From a virus, in the IMG/VR virus record IMGVR_UViG_3300029904_000006, positions 1 to 64,000 of that record: a DNA stretch of 64,000 bases. The stretch is one strand, 5' to 3'. Below, piece by piece: positions 30,378 through 39,718 of the stretch. A program made the translations under genes and the position numbers. The notes beneath the pieces are model-generated. The model made no database searches. It was not told where the DNA came from and worked only from the letters and a program-made list of their open reading frames with translations. Each line of letters opens with the position of its first letter. The first letter of the stretch is position 1.

Positions 30378-31346
30378 TTACCCCCATTGACCAAACGGTA
30401 AACCAAATCCAAGTCCAAAACCATATTGAGCAGCAACACAAGTAGGTACTCCTACAACAGGAGAATATGGTATAGTAGTAGTTTCTGGAAGTTTACATTT
30501 AACCCCATCAATATCTTTCTGCAAAGCTGCAACAGCAGCACCAATAGGAGCAGTAGCTTGCTGAATCATTTGACCAAATATAGCAGTCTGTTGCCCATTG
30601 TTAATAACAACAGCTTGTTCAGCAATCTTACGGTCACGTTCTGCAAGTTCTCTCTGATACTCACGAAGTTCAGCAGCACGTTGACCAGCAATAACCTGTG
30701 CAGTATTTTCACGAATAGCATCGCGAAGTTCACAAGTTTGTTGAGCAGCAGCATAACCAACTTGAGCAAAACCTCTTTCTTGACCGACAGCAACATTATT
30801 AATTGTTTGCTGAAGAGTATTAGTTTGCTGACAAGTAGCAAGACGTTGGTCGCAACAGCACTGTGCAAGCTGAGCAGCAATAGTATTATTACCTGCTTGT
30901 ATAGCGTTAATAACTTGCAAACCAGACATTTCAGTCTTACTTCCAATTTGTTGAATAGAAGTATTAATAGTACACAAAGCATTCTGAATAGCTTTACTAT
31001 CGCAGTTAAGCATAGAAGAAAGTTCATTCAACTTAGAAGCATTACCTTGAATAAGTTGTTCAAGACACTGACGACCAGTATCGTTGTTCATCATATTGCC
31101 AAGATAAGCAGCTCCATTTCCATCACTGTTTCCCCATCCAAAACCGTTACCATTACGACCAAATAGAACAAGCAAGAAAAGAATCCAAACAAACCAACCG
31201 CCGTTGTTTGCACCAAAACCATTACCGTTTTGAAGAGCAAGAATAGTGTTTGCGTCAATACCACGCTGATTAAGCAGAGGTATAAGAGTATTCAAAACGT
31301 TGTTATTAGCGTCTTGACCAAACACATAAGTTTTAGTTTCACTCAT
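30378..31346 (-). CDS. 322-aa membrane-anchored Q/A-rich, Cys-containing protein, function unknown
   Basis: ORF track. One hydrophobic helix (WFVWILFLLVLF), G/N-rich flanks, a long Q/A-rich helical region and a G/F-rich C-terminus. It is the first gene after a host-type -7 box. Confidence 0.75.
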   Translation of the reverse strand: MSETKTYVFGQDANNNVLNTLIPLLNQRGIDANTILALQNGNGFGANNGGWFVWILFLLVLFGRNGNGFGWGNSDGNGAAYLGNMMNNDTGRQCLEQLIQGNASKLNELSSMLNCDSKAIQNALCTINTSIQQIGSKTEMSGLQVINAIQAGNNTIAAQLAQCCCDQRLATCQQTNTLQQTINNVAVGQERGFAQVGYAAAQQTCELRDAIRENTAQVIAGQRAAELREYQRELAERDRKIAEQAVVINNGQQTAIFGQMIQQATAPIGAAVAALQKDIDGVKCKLPETTTIPYSPVVGVPTCVAAQYGFGLGFGLPFGQWG

Positions 31347-31417
31347 AACTTTACTTTTTAGATTAATAATTAAATTAATAATATTGTAACCGATTACAAC
31401 CTAAAAGTAAGAATGAA

Positions 31418-31425
31418 CAAAACTA
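31418..31425 (-). promoter_or_regulatory. Bacteroidota-type -7 promoter box (TAnnTTTG)
   Basis: Minus-sense TAGTTTTG in the 157-nt intergenic region, about 72 nt upstream of the ATG at 31346. It is flanked by two 6-bp hairpins (31384-31399 and 31480-31496). Confidence 0.4.
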
Positions 31426-31503
31426 AAATAGGTATAATTACAATTTTACCTGTAACTATGCCTATATTAATACTTTACGTTGTGAGATAATCACAATATC
31501 AGT

Positions 31504-31836
31504 TTAAGGATGTGTTTCTTTATAACGTTTAATTCGATAAATAGTAGCTTCATCGAAATCTTTCTCACTCCAAGAAAGTTCTTTGAAACCAGCTTCTTTA
31601 TGACCGGGAGGTATAAGACCAAGTTTAAGATAATTATCAAATGTGCTCGGACTACAATAAAGAATCTTATCACACGCTTCGCGTTTACTAATACGTTTAA
31701 TGCCACGATTTAATTTTGTTAAATCTTTAATAATAGTATCAAGTTCTTCTTCACTATGATTGCTATTACCAGCATCAATATTTGTAATAGCTTCTTCAAG
31801 AAGCTTACGTATAATTTTAAAACGAGAGCTAATCAT
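31504..31836 (-). CDS. 110-aa excisionase/MerR-like HTH DNA-binding protein
   Basis: ORF track. ISKREACDKILYCSPSTFDNYLKLGLIPPGHK resembles the HTH_17/excisionase-type helix-turn-helix pattern. Confidence 0.5.
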   Translation of the reverse strand: MISSRFKIIRKLLEEAITNIDAGNSNHSEEELDTIIKDLTKLNRGIKRISKREACDKILYCSPSTFDNYLKLGLIPPGHKEAGFKELSWSEKDFDEATIYRIKRYKETHP

Positions 31837-32189
31837 TTTTGTTTTATATGTATTATAGTTGCTACAATTATAAATATAACTGCAATAATATGATATGTAA
31901 TAAGAAGTTGAATATCAGAAATAGGAATATAAAAAATAGAATCAATGTTAGCAATAATAAGATTGATAAAATTACCAGTAATAATCAATCTATGCCAAAT
32001 ACAAAAGTGAAATATATTACTACAAATATAAAGTAGAATAGTAGTTACAATAGAATTGCCAATTACAAAATCGAAAGTATAACTAAGTTTATCACAAATA
32101 TCAAAGTAGTATAAAATATTATTAAGCAACATGCCCGCCATTTGTATAGCGGGCATGAATTTTATTAATAGTATTAACAACTTCTTCAT
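31833..32189 (-). CDS. 118-aa integral membrane protein (about 4 TM segments)
   Basis: ORF track. Strongly hydrophobic throughout, with 4-nt overlaps on both sides. Confidence 0.7.
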   Translation of the reverse strand: MKKLLILLIKFMPAIQMAGMLLNNILYYFDICDKLSYTFDFVIGNSIVTTILLYICSNIFHFCIWHRLIITGNFINLIIANIDSIFYIPISDIQLLITYHIIAVIFIIVATIIHIKQK

Positions 32190-32362
32190 TCTTTAGAAGT
32201 ATCTTCTTCTTTAGAATCTTTAGAATCTTTAGAAGTTTCTTCTGTGGGTTGTTCATCAACTTCTTCAGCGTTTGTTTCGCTAACAATATATTGTTCTTTA
32301 CCACCACTTCCGCCCGGTCTCTTAGGGCCGGCAGAACCTGTACCACGATTAGGTCTTCCCAT
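32186..32362 (-). CDS. 58-aa basic-then-acidic small protein (not in track, below 60-aa cutoff)
   Basis: Hand translation gives MGRPNRGTGSAGPKRPGGSGGKEQYIVSETNAEEVDEQPTEETSKDSKDSKEEDTSKE. The ATG lies 3 nt after the upstream stop, and the stop overlaps the next ATG. The track ORFs 32122..32346(-) and 32244..32519(+) are off-frame. Confidence 0.55.
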   Translation of the reverse strand: MGRPNRGTGSAGPKRPGGSGGKEQYIVSETNAEEVDEQPTEETSKDSKDSKEEDTSKE

Positions 32363-32365
32363 AAT

Positions 32366-32791
32366 TTATGAATTTGCGACTACACCAGCAGTCTTAAGGT
32401 TAGATATAAGTGTATTAACAGTAGAAATTACTGTTGTAATCTCATCTGAATCAGAAAGAGCAGCAACAGTAGTGGCTTGTTTAACTAAGCCTAAAGTAGA
32501 ATTAGTAGCAGCAGAATAAGTAGTATTATTGTCGGTCCAAGGTATGGTAACATAAGCCTTACCATCTTCACCAACTTTAACAGCATAATTTTTAGCATTT
32601 TCTGAATAACCAGTTTTAAAACCTCCAAACGCATTATCAGTAGCAACTGTAATTTCTGGGGATTCAATTCCAGCTTGAGCAGCATCAATAATAGCTACAA
32701 TAACATCGCCGAGAAGTTTCTTTTGATTTTGACTCAAAGGCAAGCCCTTAAAAACATATTGGAGCTTAGCATTAATTTCAGTTTTATTCAT
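32366..32791 (-). CDS. 141-aa fibre-like protein
   Basis: ORF track. ATNSTLGLVKQAT resembles the A-[ST]-x4-G-x-V-K-x-A repeat common in phage tail fibres. Weak call. Confidence 0.35.
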   Translation of the reverse strand: MNKTEINAKLQYVFKGLPLSQNQKKLLGDVIVAIIDAAQAGIESPEITVATDNAFGGFKTGYSENAKNYAVKVGEDGKAYVTIPWTDNNTTYSAATNSTLGLVKQATTVAALSDSDEITTVISTVNTLISNLKTAGVVANS

Positions 32792-32794
32792 AAT

Positions 32795-33103
32795 TTATTT
32801 ACGTTTAGGTTTATAATCAATTCCTAATCTACCAGCAATAGGCTTCGCAAGCCAACTCCAAACAACAGGAGAAATAATAATACTATCAATGATAATAATA
32901 AATTTAACATCAGAAAGAAAATAGTAAACACAACCAATAAGAATAGATACGCACACAAATATAATTCTTTTTTGCCAAGTTGTTACTATTTTTTCATTAT
33001 TTATTTCGTCTAATAATTTAATAGCAATATAAGTAACAACATTAATAACAAGTATTAAAGCAAAATCAAAATTATTAATAAGTTGAGAAATAATTTGTTC
33101 CAT
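32795..33103 (-). CDS. 102-aa membrane protein with 3 TM segments (holin-like topology)
   Basis: ORF track. Three hydrophobic helices and a basic C-terminus (DYKPKRK). It is located in the tail cluster, not in the lysis cassette. Confidence 0.4.
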   Translation of the reverse strand: MEQIISQLINNFDFALILVINVVTYIAIKLLDEINNEKIVTTWQKRIIFVCVSILIGCVYYFLSDVKFIIIIDSIIISPVVWSWLAKPIAGRLGIDYKPKRK

Positions 33104-33118
33104 ATTATAATTTATAAT

Positions 33119-36100
33119 TTAATTACCTTTTCTATCAATATATACAAATCCAACATACCATGTCGGTATTTTATTTGTTTGTGTAGAATTTTCACCACAA
33201 CAAACAATAAATCCAATTCCTAATTTTGGAGGTAAAATTGATGCTGTACCTGAATCAGAAGTTTTAACATCACTTCCAGTAGATTCCCTACCATCATAAT
33301 ATTTTATAGTATATTTTGTATCAGCAGATATAATATTGTAAGCACTGGTAAGACTTGTAATTTGAGCTATAGGAACAATAATAGTTTTTCTATAATTAAA
33401 AGGTAATTTTGGAAGTATTATACTCCCTCCACTGGCATCCATTCCATAGGCTTGTTCTAAAATATTTCCAAGTATATTTCCAGAACTATCCCATTTTAAA
33501 TTATCTCCAGCTAATGAACCACTACCATCAGTATTGAATTTAATTTTACCGGCAGAAAGATGTCCAGCTCCTGTTTTAAAATTAAATAAAATATTAGGAG
33601 TAAAAGTACCATCATATATATGTTCAGGGTCAAAACTCTCATAATTAGTAGTAGAAGCATTAGAAGAACTTGGATTAATTCCCTGTTGACTAAACATATA
33701 GTCACCGTTAAATACAGCACTACCAATTAGACCGTTAGCTATAATACCTATTTTAGCATATACAGCTTCAAAAGCATCAAATTTAAGCCAATATTTTCCT
33801 TTATTAGAAGCAAAATCTTGAGAAGGAGTTCTATTACTTTGTTCAGTTCCTTTCCAAGTCATTTGAGCATTTAATACATAAAAGTTACCATCAGAAGTAT
33901 CAAGTACATAAGGTGCTTTATTTTCATCAGTAGTATAATTTGCACTATTGCTATATGTACCAGCAGGATAAACTAACTGACCTCTTTTTCCATCAGCTCC
34001 ATCTTCACCATCAGCACCCGGAGCACCATCTAATCCATTAACGCCACTTAATCTAAATGGAGTTCCCCAAGCAATAGTACCAGTTTCATCAGAAGAACTG
34101 CTATAAGTTCTTCTACCTTGAATACACCATATATAAGGTTTCTGTTTAGTAGTAGTTGGTATGGTAGTAGACCATTCTGAAGGATTATCTCCAGAAGGAG
34201 AGTTATTTCCGTCATAAGAAGATTCAGTACCTAAACAATATCTAAGTTCAATAGATACACCGGGAATACCACTAACACCTTGACTACCCGTAGGACCTCT
34301 TTCTCCAGCAGGACCTGTTTCTCCTTGTGGTCCTTGTTCTCCACTAATTCTAACAGGGTCAGTCCAATTACTATATAGAGTATCGTTAGGGTTTATAACA
34401 GCGGTAGTCATCCATAAATATTGACCACTAACTAATTGAGGAGGATTAACAGTCCATCCAGAAGGATTTCTTACTGTTTTAGTTAAATTAGGAGCAACAT
34501 AAGATGAATTATTAGCAGCAAATCTAAATTCAGTTCTTCTACCATCTTGAGCTTCACCATCTTGACCATTAACAGGAAGAACTTCAGACCATTCAGTAAC
34601 TAAATCAGTAACACCATTAACAGTACCTATACATTGCCACCATTGTCCAGTAGTATTAGGATAATCTACCCATCCTTCAGGAATTTTATTAGTACCTGTA
34701 GGTTTATCAGGTTTGACAGTAGCTTGTTTATAAACATAAGTTTTATAATTAGGAGGAGTACCTTGTTTACCGGGAGTACCAGTAACTATCCAAGGGCCTT
34801 GCCATCCTTCATAAGCAGCTCCATCTTCTGTAGTAGCAAGTTTATTATCATAGGTCACATAAGCTTGAATACACCATACAGCTTCAGTTTCACTATCATA
34901 ATCAGGAAAGACAGAACCCCATATAGAGCCGGGATTAATATTATCCTTAACTACAACAGGAGTTTCACCTATATCTGCTTTAGCATACATAGTTCTAAGA
35001 CTTAAACCTGAATAACCATCATCGCCAAACTTAGCCCAAACAGCAGGGTCACTAAAAGCTCCCCATACACCGTTTCTATATTTTCTTTGTGATACCCATT
35101 CATATTTAAATTCAGAACTAACTCCTTGAGGATTATCAGTCCAACCAGCTGGAATATATTCTATATTTTCATAATCCCCTCTTTCTTGATATTGGTCAGT
35201 ATTAGTATCTTCTGGTGTAGGATTATCTACAGGTTCTCCATTATTTCTTGTAAAAATATATTCTACACCATCGCCATCAGTACCATTAACTCCCCATTTA
35301 GACCATATAGCAGGTTCACTCCAATCAGACCAACTTCCATCTTCTGTTTTACTTCTCGTGGAAACCCATTCGCATTGATATTCAACACTAATACCACTCG
35401 GACTATCTGTCCATCCATCAGGAATATAATCATTAGTATTAGGACTATCTGTTGTATCAAGATGAGGAGGTTCTAAAGAAGTTTTAGTAAGTTTAAAAAT
35501 GAATTCTACATTAGTTCCATCAGCACCATTAGTACCATTCTGTCCTGTTATTCTTACAGGAGTAGTCCATTCATCAATTAATTCACCAGTATCGCTTCTA
35601 AATATACCAGAAGACATCCAAACAATACCCTCTAAAGCATCAGTTCTACTCCATCCGTCGGGAGGTGTAAATTCATTAGTAGAACTATTCCAATGTCCGC
35701 CAACAGGAGTTTCAGGAGCGGCAGTACTTTTACCAGTAGATTTAAATACGATAAAAGTTTGCATGGCAACAGAAACGTCGCCAGAAGGACCTTGTGGACC
35801 GGGTTCTCCTTGAGGACCGGCTGGACCAGCAGGACCGGCTGGGCCTATTTCTCCTTGAGGACCTTTAGGAAGTCCAAAAGCAAATTGAAGAGTAGTACCA
35901 ACTACTTGTACATCAGCAGATGCTACTTGTGTATCTTCCGCTGTAGCAGTAGCAGCTAATCCTTCTATTGTACCATCTTTGCCTTTTGGAATACCAAAAC
36001 TAAAACGAAGTTTATTATCTTCAATAACAACATCTGCTGTTGCCGTATCTTTAGTAGTAGTTACTTCTTTTACATCAGCACCAAAATTAGATAAATCTAT

Positions 36101-36967
36101 ATCTCCTGTAACAGCAAATTCTTTCCAATCTTCTCCATCATAATATTTAATAGTTTCTCCTATAAACATTATAAGACCTTTGGTAAACTTTCCTGTAAAA
36201 TTAGCATTACCACATTCTTCAAAAGAATGTTTACCTATAATGGTACCTCCATCAAAATTTATAGTTCCATTATTAATAGAACCTCCTTTAAACCATAAAG
36301 AAGTATTTTCGGAAAGATTAATAGTAGCACCTTTTAAATCAAAATCATATCTAACTTCATAAATTGTATTATCAGAATTAATACTATCTTCAGATAAAAC
36401 ATTAATTCCATTAATCCAATTTTTACGAAGTATTTTATAACCTTTTCCTGAAGCTAAATAAGGATTATAATCTTTATCTTTAAATTTAATAATATGACAT
36501 TGTAATTCTGTTAAATCTTCATCATCTACAAAATTAATAATATTATGATGTTTACTAAGAAAATCTTGTAAAGCAGGACTTAACATTTCTGGGATAATTG
36601 CTCCATTTGGAATACGAGAAGCAGCAGAATTAACATAATTCAAATCTGGAACAATCTCCCAATTAGAATTATTAGACCATTTATAATCATCTTGAGAATC
36701 AACATTACTACCAGTAAACCATTCTGTATGAAGACCATCACTATCTTCATAACTTATCCATAAACCAAATCTTCTTAAATAAGTAGGAATTAAAAGACGA
36801 GTTTCTTCAATAGTATCTTGTTTAGTAACATATATATGATTATATAATTGTAAAATATCACTGAGATTAATACTATTATTATCATCAATAATATTTTTTA
36901 ATTTAGTAAGAGGATATATAGGGATATATCCTCCACTAATCTTTTCAAATAATTGTTTATCTTTCAT
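33119..36967 (-). CDS. 1282-aa tail fibre with collagen-like G-X-Y tracts and six Trp-rich repeat modules
   Basis: ORF track. G-X-Y runs: GPQGEIGPAGPAGPAGPQGEPGPQGPSG, GEQGPQGETGPAGERGPTGSQGVSGIPG and GVNGLDGAPGADGEDGADGKRG. There are six P-x-G-W...W..W..P..(I/W)-[ST]-G modules. The N-terminal adaptor and beta-helix-entry module are shared with other fibre genes. Confidence 0.8.
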   Translation of the reverse strand: MKDKQLFEKISGGYIPIYPLTKLKNIIDDNNSINLSDILQLYNHIYVTKQDTIEETRLLIPTYLRRFGLWISYEDSDGLHTEWFTGSNVDSQDDYKWSNNSNWEIVPDLNYVNSAASRIPNGAIIPEMLSPALQDFLSKHHNIINFVDDEDLTELQCHIIKFKDKDYNPYLASGKGYKILRKNWINGINVLSEDSINSDNTIYEVRYDFDLKGATINLSENTSLWFKGGSINNGTINFDGGTIIGKHSFEECGNANFTGKFTKGLIMFIGETIKYYDGEDWKEFAVTGDIDLSNFGADVKEVTTTKDTATADVVIEDNKLRFSFGIPKGKDGTIEGLAATATAEDTQVASADVQVVGTTLQFAFGLPKGPQGEIGPAGPAGPAGPQGEPGPQGPSGDVSVAMQTFIVFKSTGKSTAAPETPVGGHWNSSTNEFTPPDGWSRTDALEGIVWMSSGIFRSDTGELIDEWTTPVRITGQNGTNGADGTNVEFIFKLTKTSLEPPHLDTTDSPNTNDYIPDGWTDSPSGISVEYQCEWVSTRSKTEDGSWSDWSEPAIWSKWGVNGTDGDGVEYIFTRNNGEPVDNPTPEDTNTDQYQERGDYENIEYIPAGWTDNPQGVSSEFKYEWVSQRKYRNGVWGAFSDPAVWAKFGDDGYSGLSLRTMYAKADIGETPVVVKDNINPGSIWGSVFPDYDSETEAVWCIQAYVTYDNKLATTEDGAAYEGWQGPWIVTGTPGKQGTPPNYKTYVYKQATVKPDKPTGTNKIPEGWVDYPNTTGQWWQCIGTVNGVTDLVTEWSEVLPVNGQDGEAQDGRRTEFRFAANNSSYVAPNLTKTVRNPSGWTVNPPQLVSGQYLWMTTAVINPNDTLYSNWTDPVRISGEQGPQGETGPAGERGPTGSQGVSGIPGVSIELRYCLGTESSYDGNNSPSGDNPSEWSTTIPTTTKQKPYIWCIQGRRTYSSSSDETGTIAWGTPFRLSGVNGLDGAPGADGEDGADGKRGQLVYPAGTYSNSANYTTDENKAPYVLDTSDGNFYVLNAQMTWKGTEQSNRTPSQDFASNKGKYWLKFDAFEAVYAKIGIIANGLIGSAVFNGDYMFSQQGINPSSSNASTTNYESFDPEHIYDGTFTPNILFNFKTGAGHLSAGKIKFNTDGSGSLAGDNLKWDSSGNILGNILEQAYGMDASGGSIILPKLPFNYRKTIIVPIAQITSLTSAYNIISADTKYTIKYYDGRESTGSDVKTSDSGTASILPPKLGIGFIVCCGENSTQTNKIPTWYVGFVYIDRKGN

Positions 36968-36970
36968 AGT

Positions 36971-37390
36971 TTAAACTTTAGAAACATATCTTCCACCTTC
37001 TGCAAGTTCTGCAAGAGTCCAAACACTTAATGCTAAACTTTCAGTACATAAATACTTAATACCATTTTCTATATAGTATTTATCTTTAATAAGTTCCATT
37101 CCTGAAGAATAATTAATAGGATTATCAATAGTACCTTCTTCTCCGGGACTTGCATACTTAACAAATAAAGAATAAGAAACATCAGGAGTCCAAGTAGATT
37201 GAGCAGTATGAGTATTAGTACATTTATATAACCAACTCTTATAATAAACTCTTTTATCTACTTTTATTTCTTTACCTATCTGACTTGTCCATTCAGGATA
37301 ACATTCAGCATAGGTTTGAGCAGTATTATCATCAAATTCAGCTAACTTCATTTTAGCTATCTGAACAACCATTTGTAATAAATCACTCAT
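36971..37390 (-). CDS. 139-aa protein with two CBM5/12-like carbohydrate-binding modules
   Basis: ORF track. YPEWTSQIGKEIKVDKRVYYKSWLYKCTNTHTAQSTWTPDVSYSLF follows the W..Y..G..V.Y.G..Y.C..H....W.P pattern. A second, weaker copy sits C-terminally. Confidence 0.5.
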   Translation of the reverse strand: MSDLLQMVVQIAKMKLAEFDDNTAQTYAECYPEWTSQIGKEIKVDKRVYYKSWLYKCTNTHTAQSTWTPDVSYSLFVKYASPGEEGTIDNPINYSSGMELIKDKYYIENGIKYLCTESLALSVWTLAELAEGGRYVSKV

Positions 37391-37718
37391 TTAACAAAGC
37401 TCTTAATTGTTCTTCAATATCAGTATTATCATTACCAGAAACAGAAATAAGAGAATAACCTTTATCAATAATTTCTTGAATCAAAGAAAGTCTAATATTC
37501 TCAATAGCTTGTTCCATCTTTTTAGTATCTTGCATTTCTTCATTTTCATACAAAGAATTAACTTGCTCTTCATACTTATTATGAAAATAAAGAGCATCTT
37601 CTTTACTAACTTCAACTATATTAGGATTTACATTATCGGCACAAACTATCATGCTACCATAACCAAAGTGGTCAATATTAATAAATCCTTTTCCATCAGC
37701 AGCTTTAAATTCTTTCAT
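37383..37718 (-). CDS. 111-aa protein, function unknown
   Basis: ORF track; 8-nt overlap with the downstream gene. Confidence 0.75.
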   Translation of the reverse strand: MKEFKAADGKGFINIDHFGYGSMIVCADNVNPNIVEVSKEDALYFHNKYEEQVNSLYENEEMQDTKKMEQAIENIRLSLIQEIIDKGYSLISVSGNDNTDIEEQLRALLNE

Positions 37719-37728
37719 ACTTTAAATA

Positions 37729-39717
37729 TTAAATATATTCAACATTAATTGTATAACCTTTATCTACAATAGAACTCTTCTGTTCTTCAGTAAGTTTATT
37801 ATATAGTATTTCTCTAATAGTAACTGTTAAATCTTTTCCAGTATCATTAACTTGTAATCCATCAAGTATTTTCTGTAAAGTAACATCATCAAACATATTA
37901 CCTTCATACTTATCTATAATAGCAATATTTGAACCATAAATGAATATTCTATCAGTATCAATAGTATATTTATTATTTTCATTCTTTATATTAGCATTTT
38001 TAATATTACATACTATAAAAGGATGTTTAACGGAATATCCATAAACAGGAAGAGGATAAATAGTATTTATAGTACTATTTTTTAGTACTTCATCAGTTAC
38101 AGTATCTTCTAATTCTATATAATTAATATCTCCAGCAAGATTATCTGAATATCCATAAATAGTAATAAACATAGTAAAGATTATTTTATTATTACTATTA
38201 GGAAATAATCTAATATGTATTTTATCATAAGATTCAATAGCTCTGGGAATATAATTTCCCCAACTATTAATTTGACTTATTTCTATAACAGTATCATCCA
38301 TTAATACTCCACCTTGACAAGAGAAATATTCAGTTCTTAAACTTGGTATTTTCCAAAATAATTTATTAGAACCACTATACTTTGGAGCAGATTCAGGAAA
38401 AACAACGTTTTTAAAAGTATGCTTACCTATAAGATTAGGAAAAGCATCTATTGCATACCATGTAGTACCTTCTATTTGTTCACATCCAAGATTTATAATA
38501 TCATCATCAGTAAGAGAATTAAGTGTTCTACAATAATAAAATATTCTTAAATAGTTAATATTTGTAACATCAAATATTTGATTATTTGCAGGAACTAACT
38601 TATCAAATATTATACCTCTATATATATCGCAATAATGGTCATCATCTCCACCATCTACAAGTTTAGATGCCATATCAGAATCAAACTCAGGATAACTATC
38701 TTTTATATACATATAAGGCATGTACCAATCAATAGAATCATATTCTCCTACTATATTAAGAGAATCTACTTTATATGGTGCATTACTAATACCTTCAGTA
38801 AATTCTTGACCACTGATACCATGAGAGTCATTTTTAATAGGTTTAAGTATGTCACTTAATCTAACATCCTTATTATAAGTACAATCAATAGTAAGTTCTA
38901 TACCTTTTTCACTTTCAGTAGGAATAGTATGTATTATATCTTGTGGTCTATCACATATTCTTTGATTATTAGTACCTTTTGCAAGAGTTATATAATATTG
39001 ATTATTATCAGATTTAATATAATTCTCCCAAATCTCATGTTCACCATCGATATTATACCACATATATTCACTTTTCCAAGGACCAGTGCCTTTCCAATGA
39101 GTATAACAACTATAAAGATGAGGTGGAGTTGTAGAAGAATCTAAAGGAAAATTCAGATACTTATTATCATCATCTATTATAAGTTCAGGACTATTTTCTA
39201 CATAATTATCTCTTTTTCCAGATGCTATATCTCCATTTGTAATAGTAGCATTTTTAAAATCACCTTTAATATACAAAGAAGTTCCTTGTGTACTACCATT
39301 TGATATTAAGTATCTTACAGTTCCGTCTAAAGGAGCATCTGTAAAATCAACTATCATTTGTTTACCATTAGGACAAAGATTATATAAATTTCTAAGATTT
39401 TCCCAATTAGATTTAACTACTTCAAATTCAGTAGCAGAAATATTATTAAAAGTATTATTAAATTCTTGTATCCTATCTCCATCAGGAACTTTTGAAATAA
39501 TAGAAAAAGGAACAGTAGTTCTATTAAATACTCCTCTATTATCTACTATATTCCAAGTAAATCCAATAGCACCCCATATAGATTCTATATTAGCTCCATA
39601 TAGTACATTATTTAAATCAGTAACCAAAGCAGCAATATCTTCAGTATTAAAATCTATATCATTTAGCTTTTGAGTAAAATCATCAAAAGTCTTAACAATA
39701 ACTAAATTTCTACTCAT
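37729..39717 (-). CDS. 662-aa tail fibre/receptor-binding candidate
   Basis: ORF track. N/Y/D-rich and positioned within the fibre cluster. No motif recognised. Confidence 0.45.
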   Translation of the reverse strand: MSRNLVIVKTFDDFTQKLNDIDFNTEDIAALVTDLNNVLYGANIESIWGAIGFTWNIVDNRGVFNRTTVPFSIISKVPDGDRIQEFNNTFNNISATEFEVVKSNWENLRNLYNLCPNGKQMIVDFTDAPLDGTVRYLISNGSTQGTSLYIKGDFKNATITNGDIASGKRDNYVENSPELIIDDDNKYLNFPLDSSTTPPHLYSCYTHWKGTGPWKSEYMWYNIDGEHEIWENYIKSDNNQYYITLAKGTNNQRICDRPQDIIHTIPTESEKGIELTIDCTYNKDVRLSDILKPIKNDSHGISGQEFTEGISNAPYKVDSLNIVGEYDSIDWYMPYMYIKDSYPEFDSDMASKLVDGGDDDHYCDIYRGIIFDKLVPANNQIFDVTNINYLRIFYYCRTLNSLTDDDIINLGCEQIEGTTWYAIDAFPNLIGKHTFKNVVFPESAPKYSGSNKLFWKIPSLRTEYFSCQGGVLMDDTVIEISQINSWGNYIPRAIESYDKIHIRLFPNSNNKIIFTMFITIYGYSDNLAGDINYIELEDTVTDEVLKNSTINTIYPLPVYGYSVKHPFIVCNIKNANIKNENNKYTIDTDRIFIYGSNIAIIDKYEGNMFDDVTLQKILDGLQVNDTGKDLTVTIREILYNKLTEEQKSSIVDKGYTINVEYI

Positions 39718-39718
39718 A

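Noticed and set aside
32122-32519. Track ORFs 32122..32346 (-) and 32244..32519 (+)
   Set aside because: They are off-frame or antisense to the better-supported 58-aa ORF (32186..32362) and the 141-aa gene. Their compositions are atypical (K/L-rich and P/L/A-rich).
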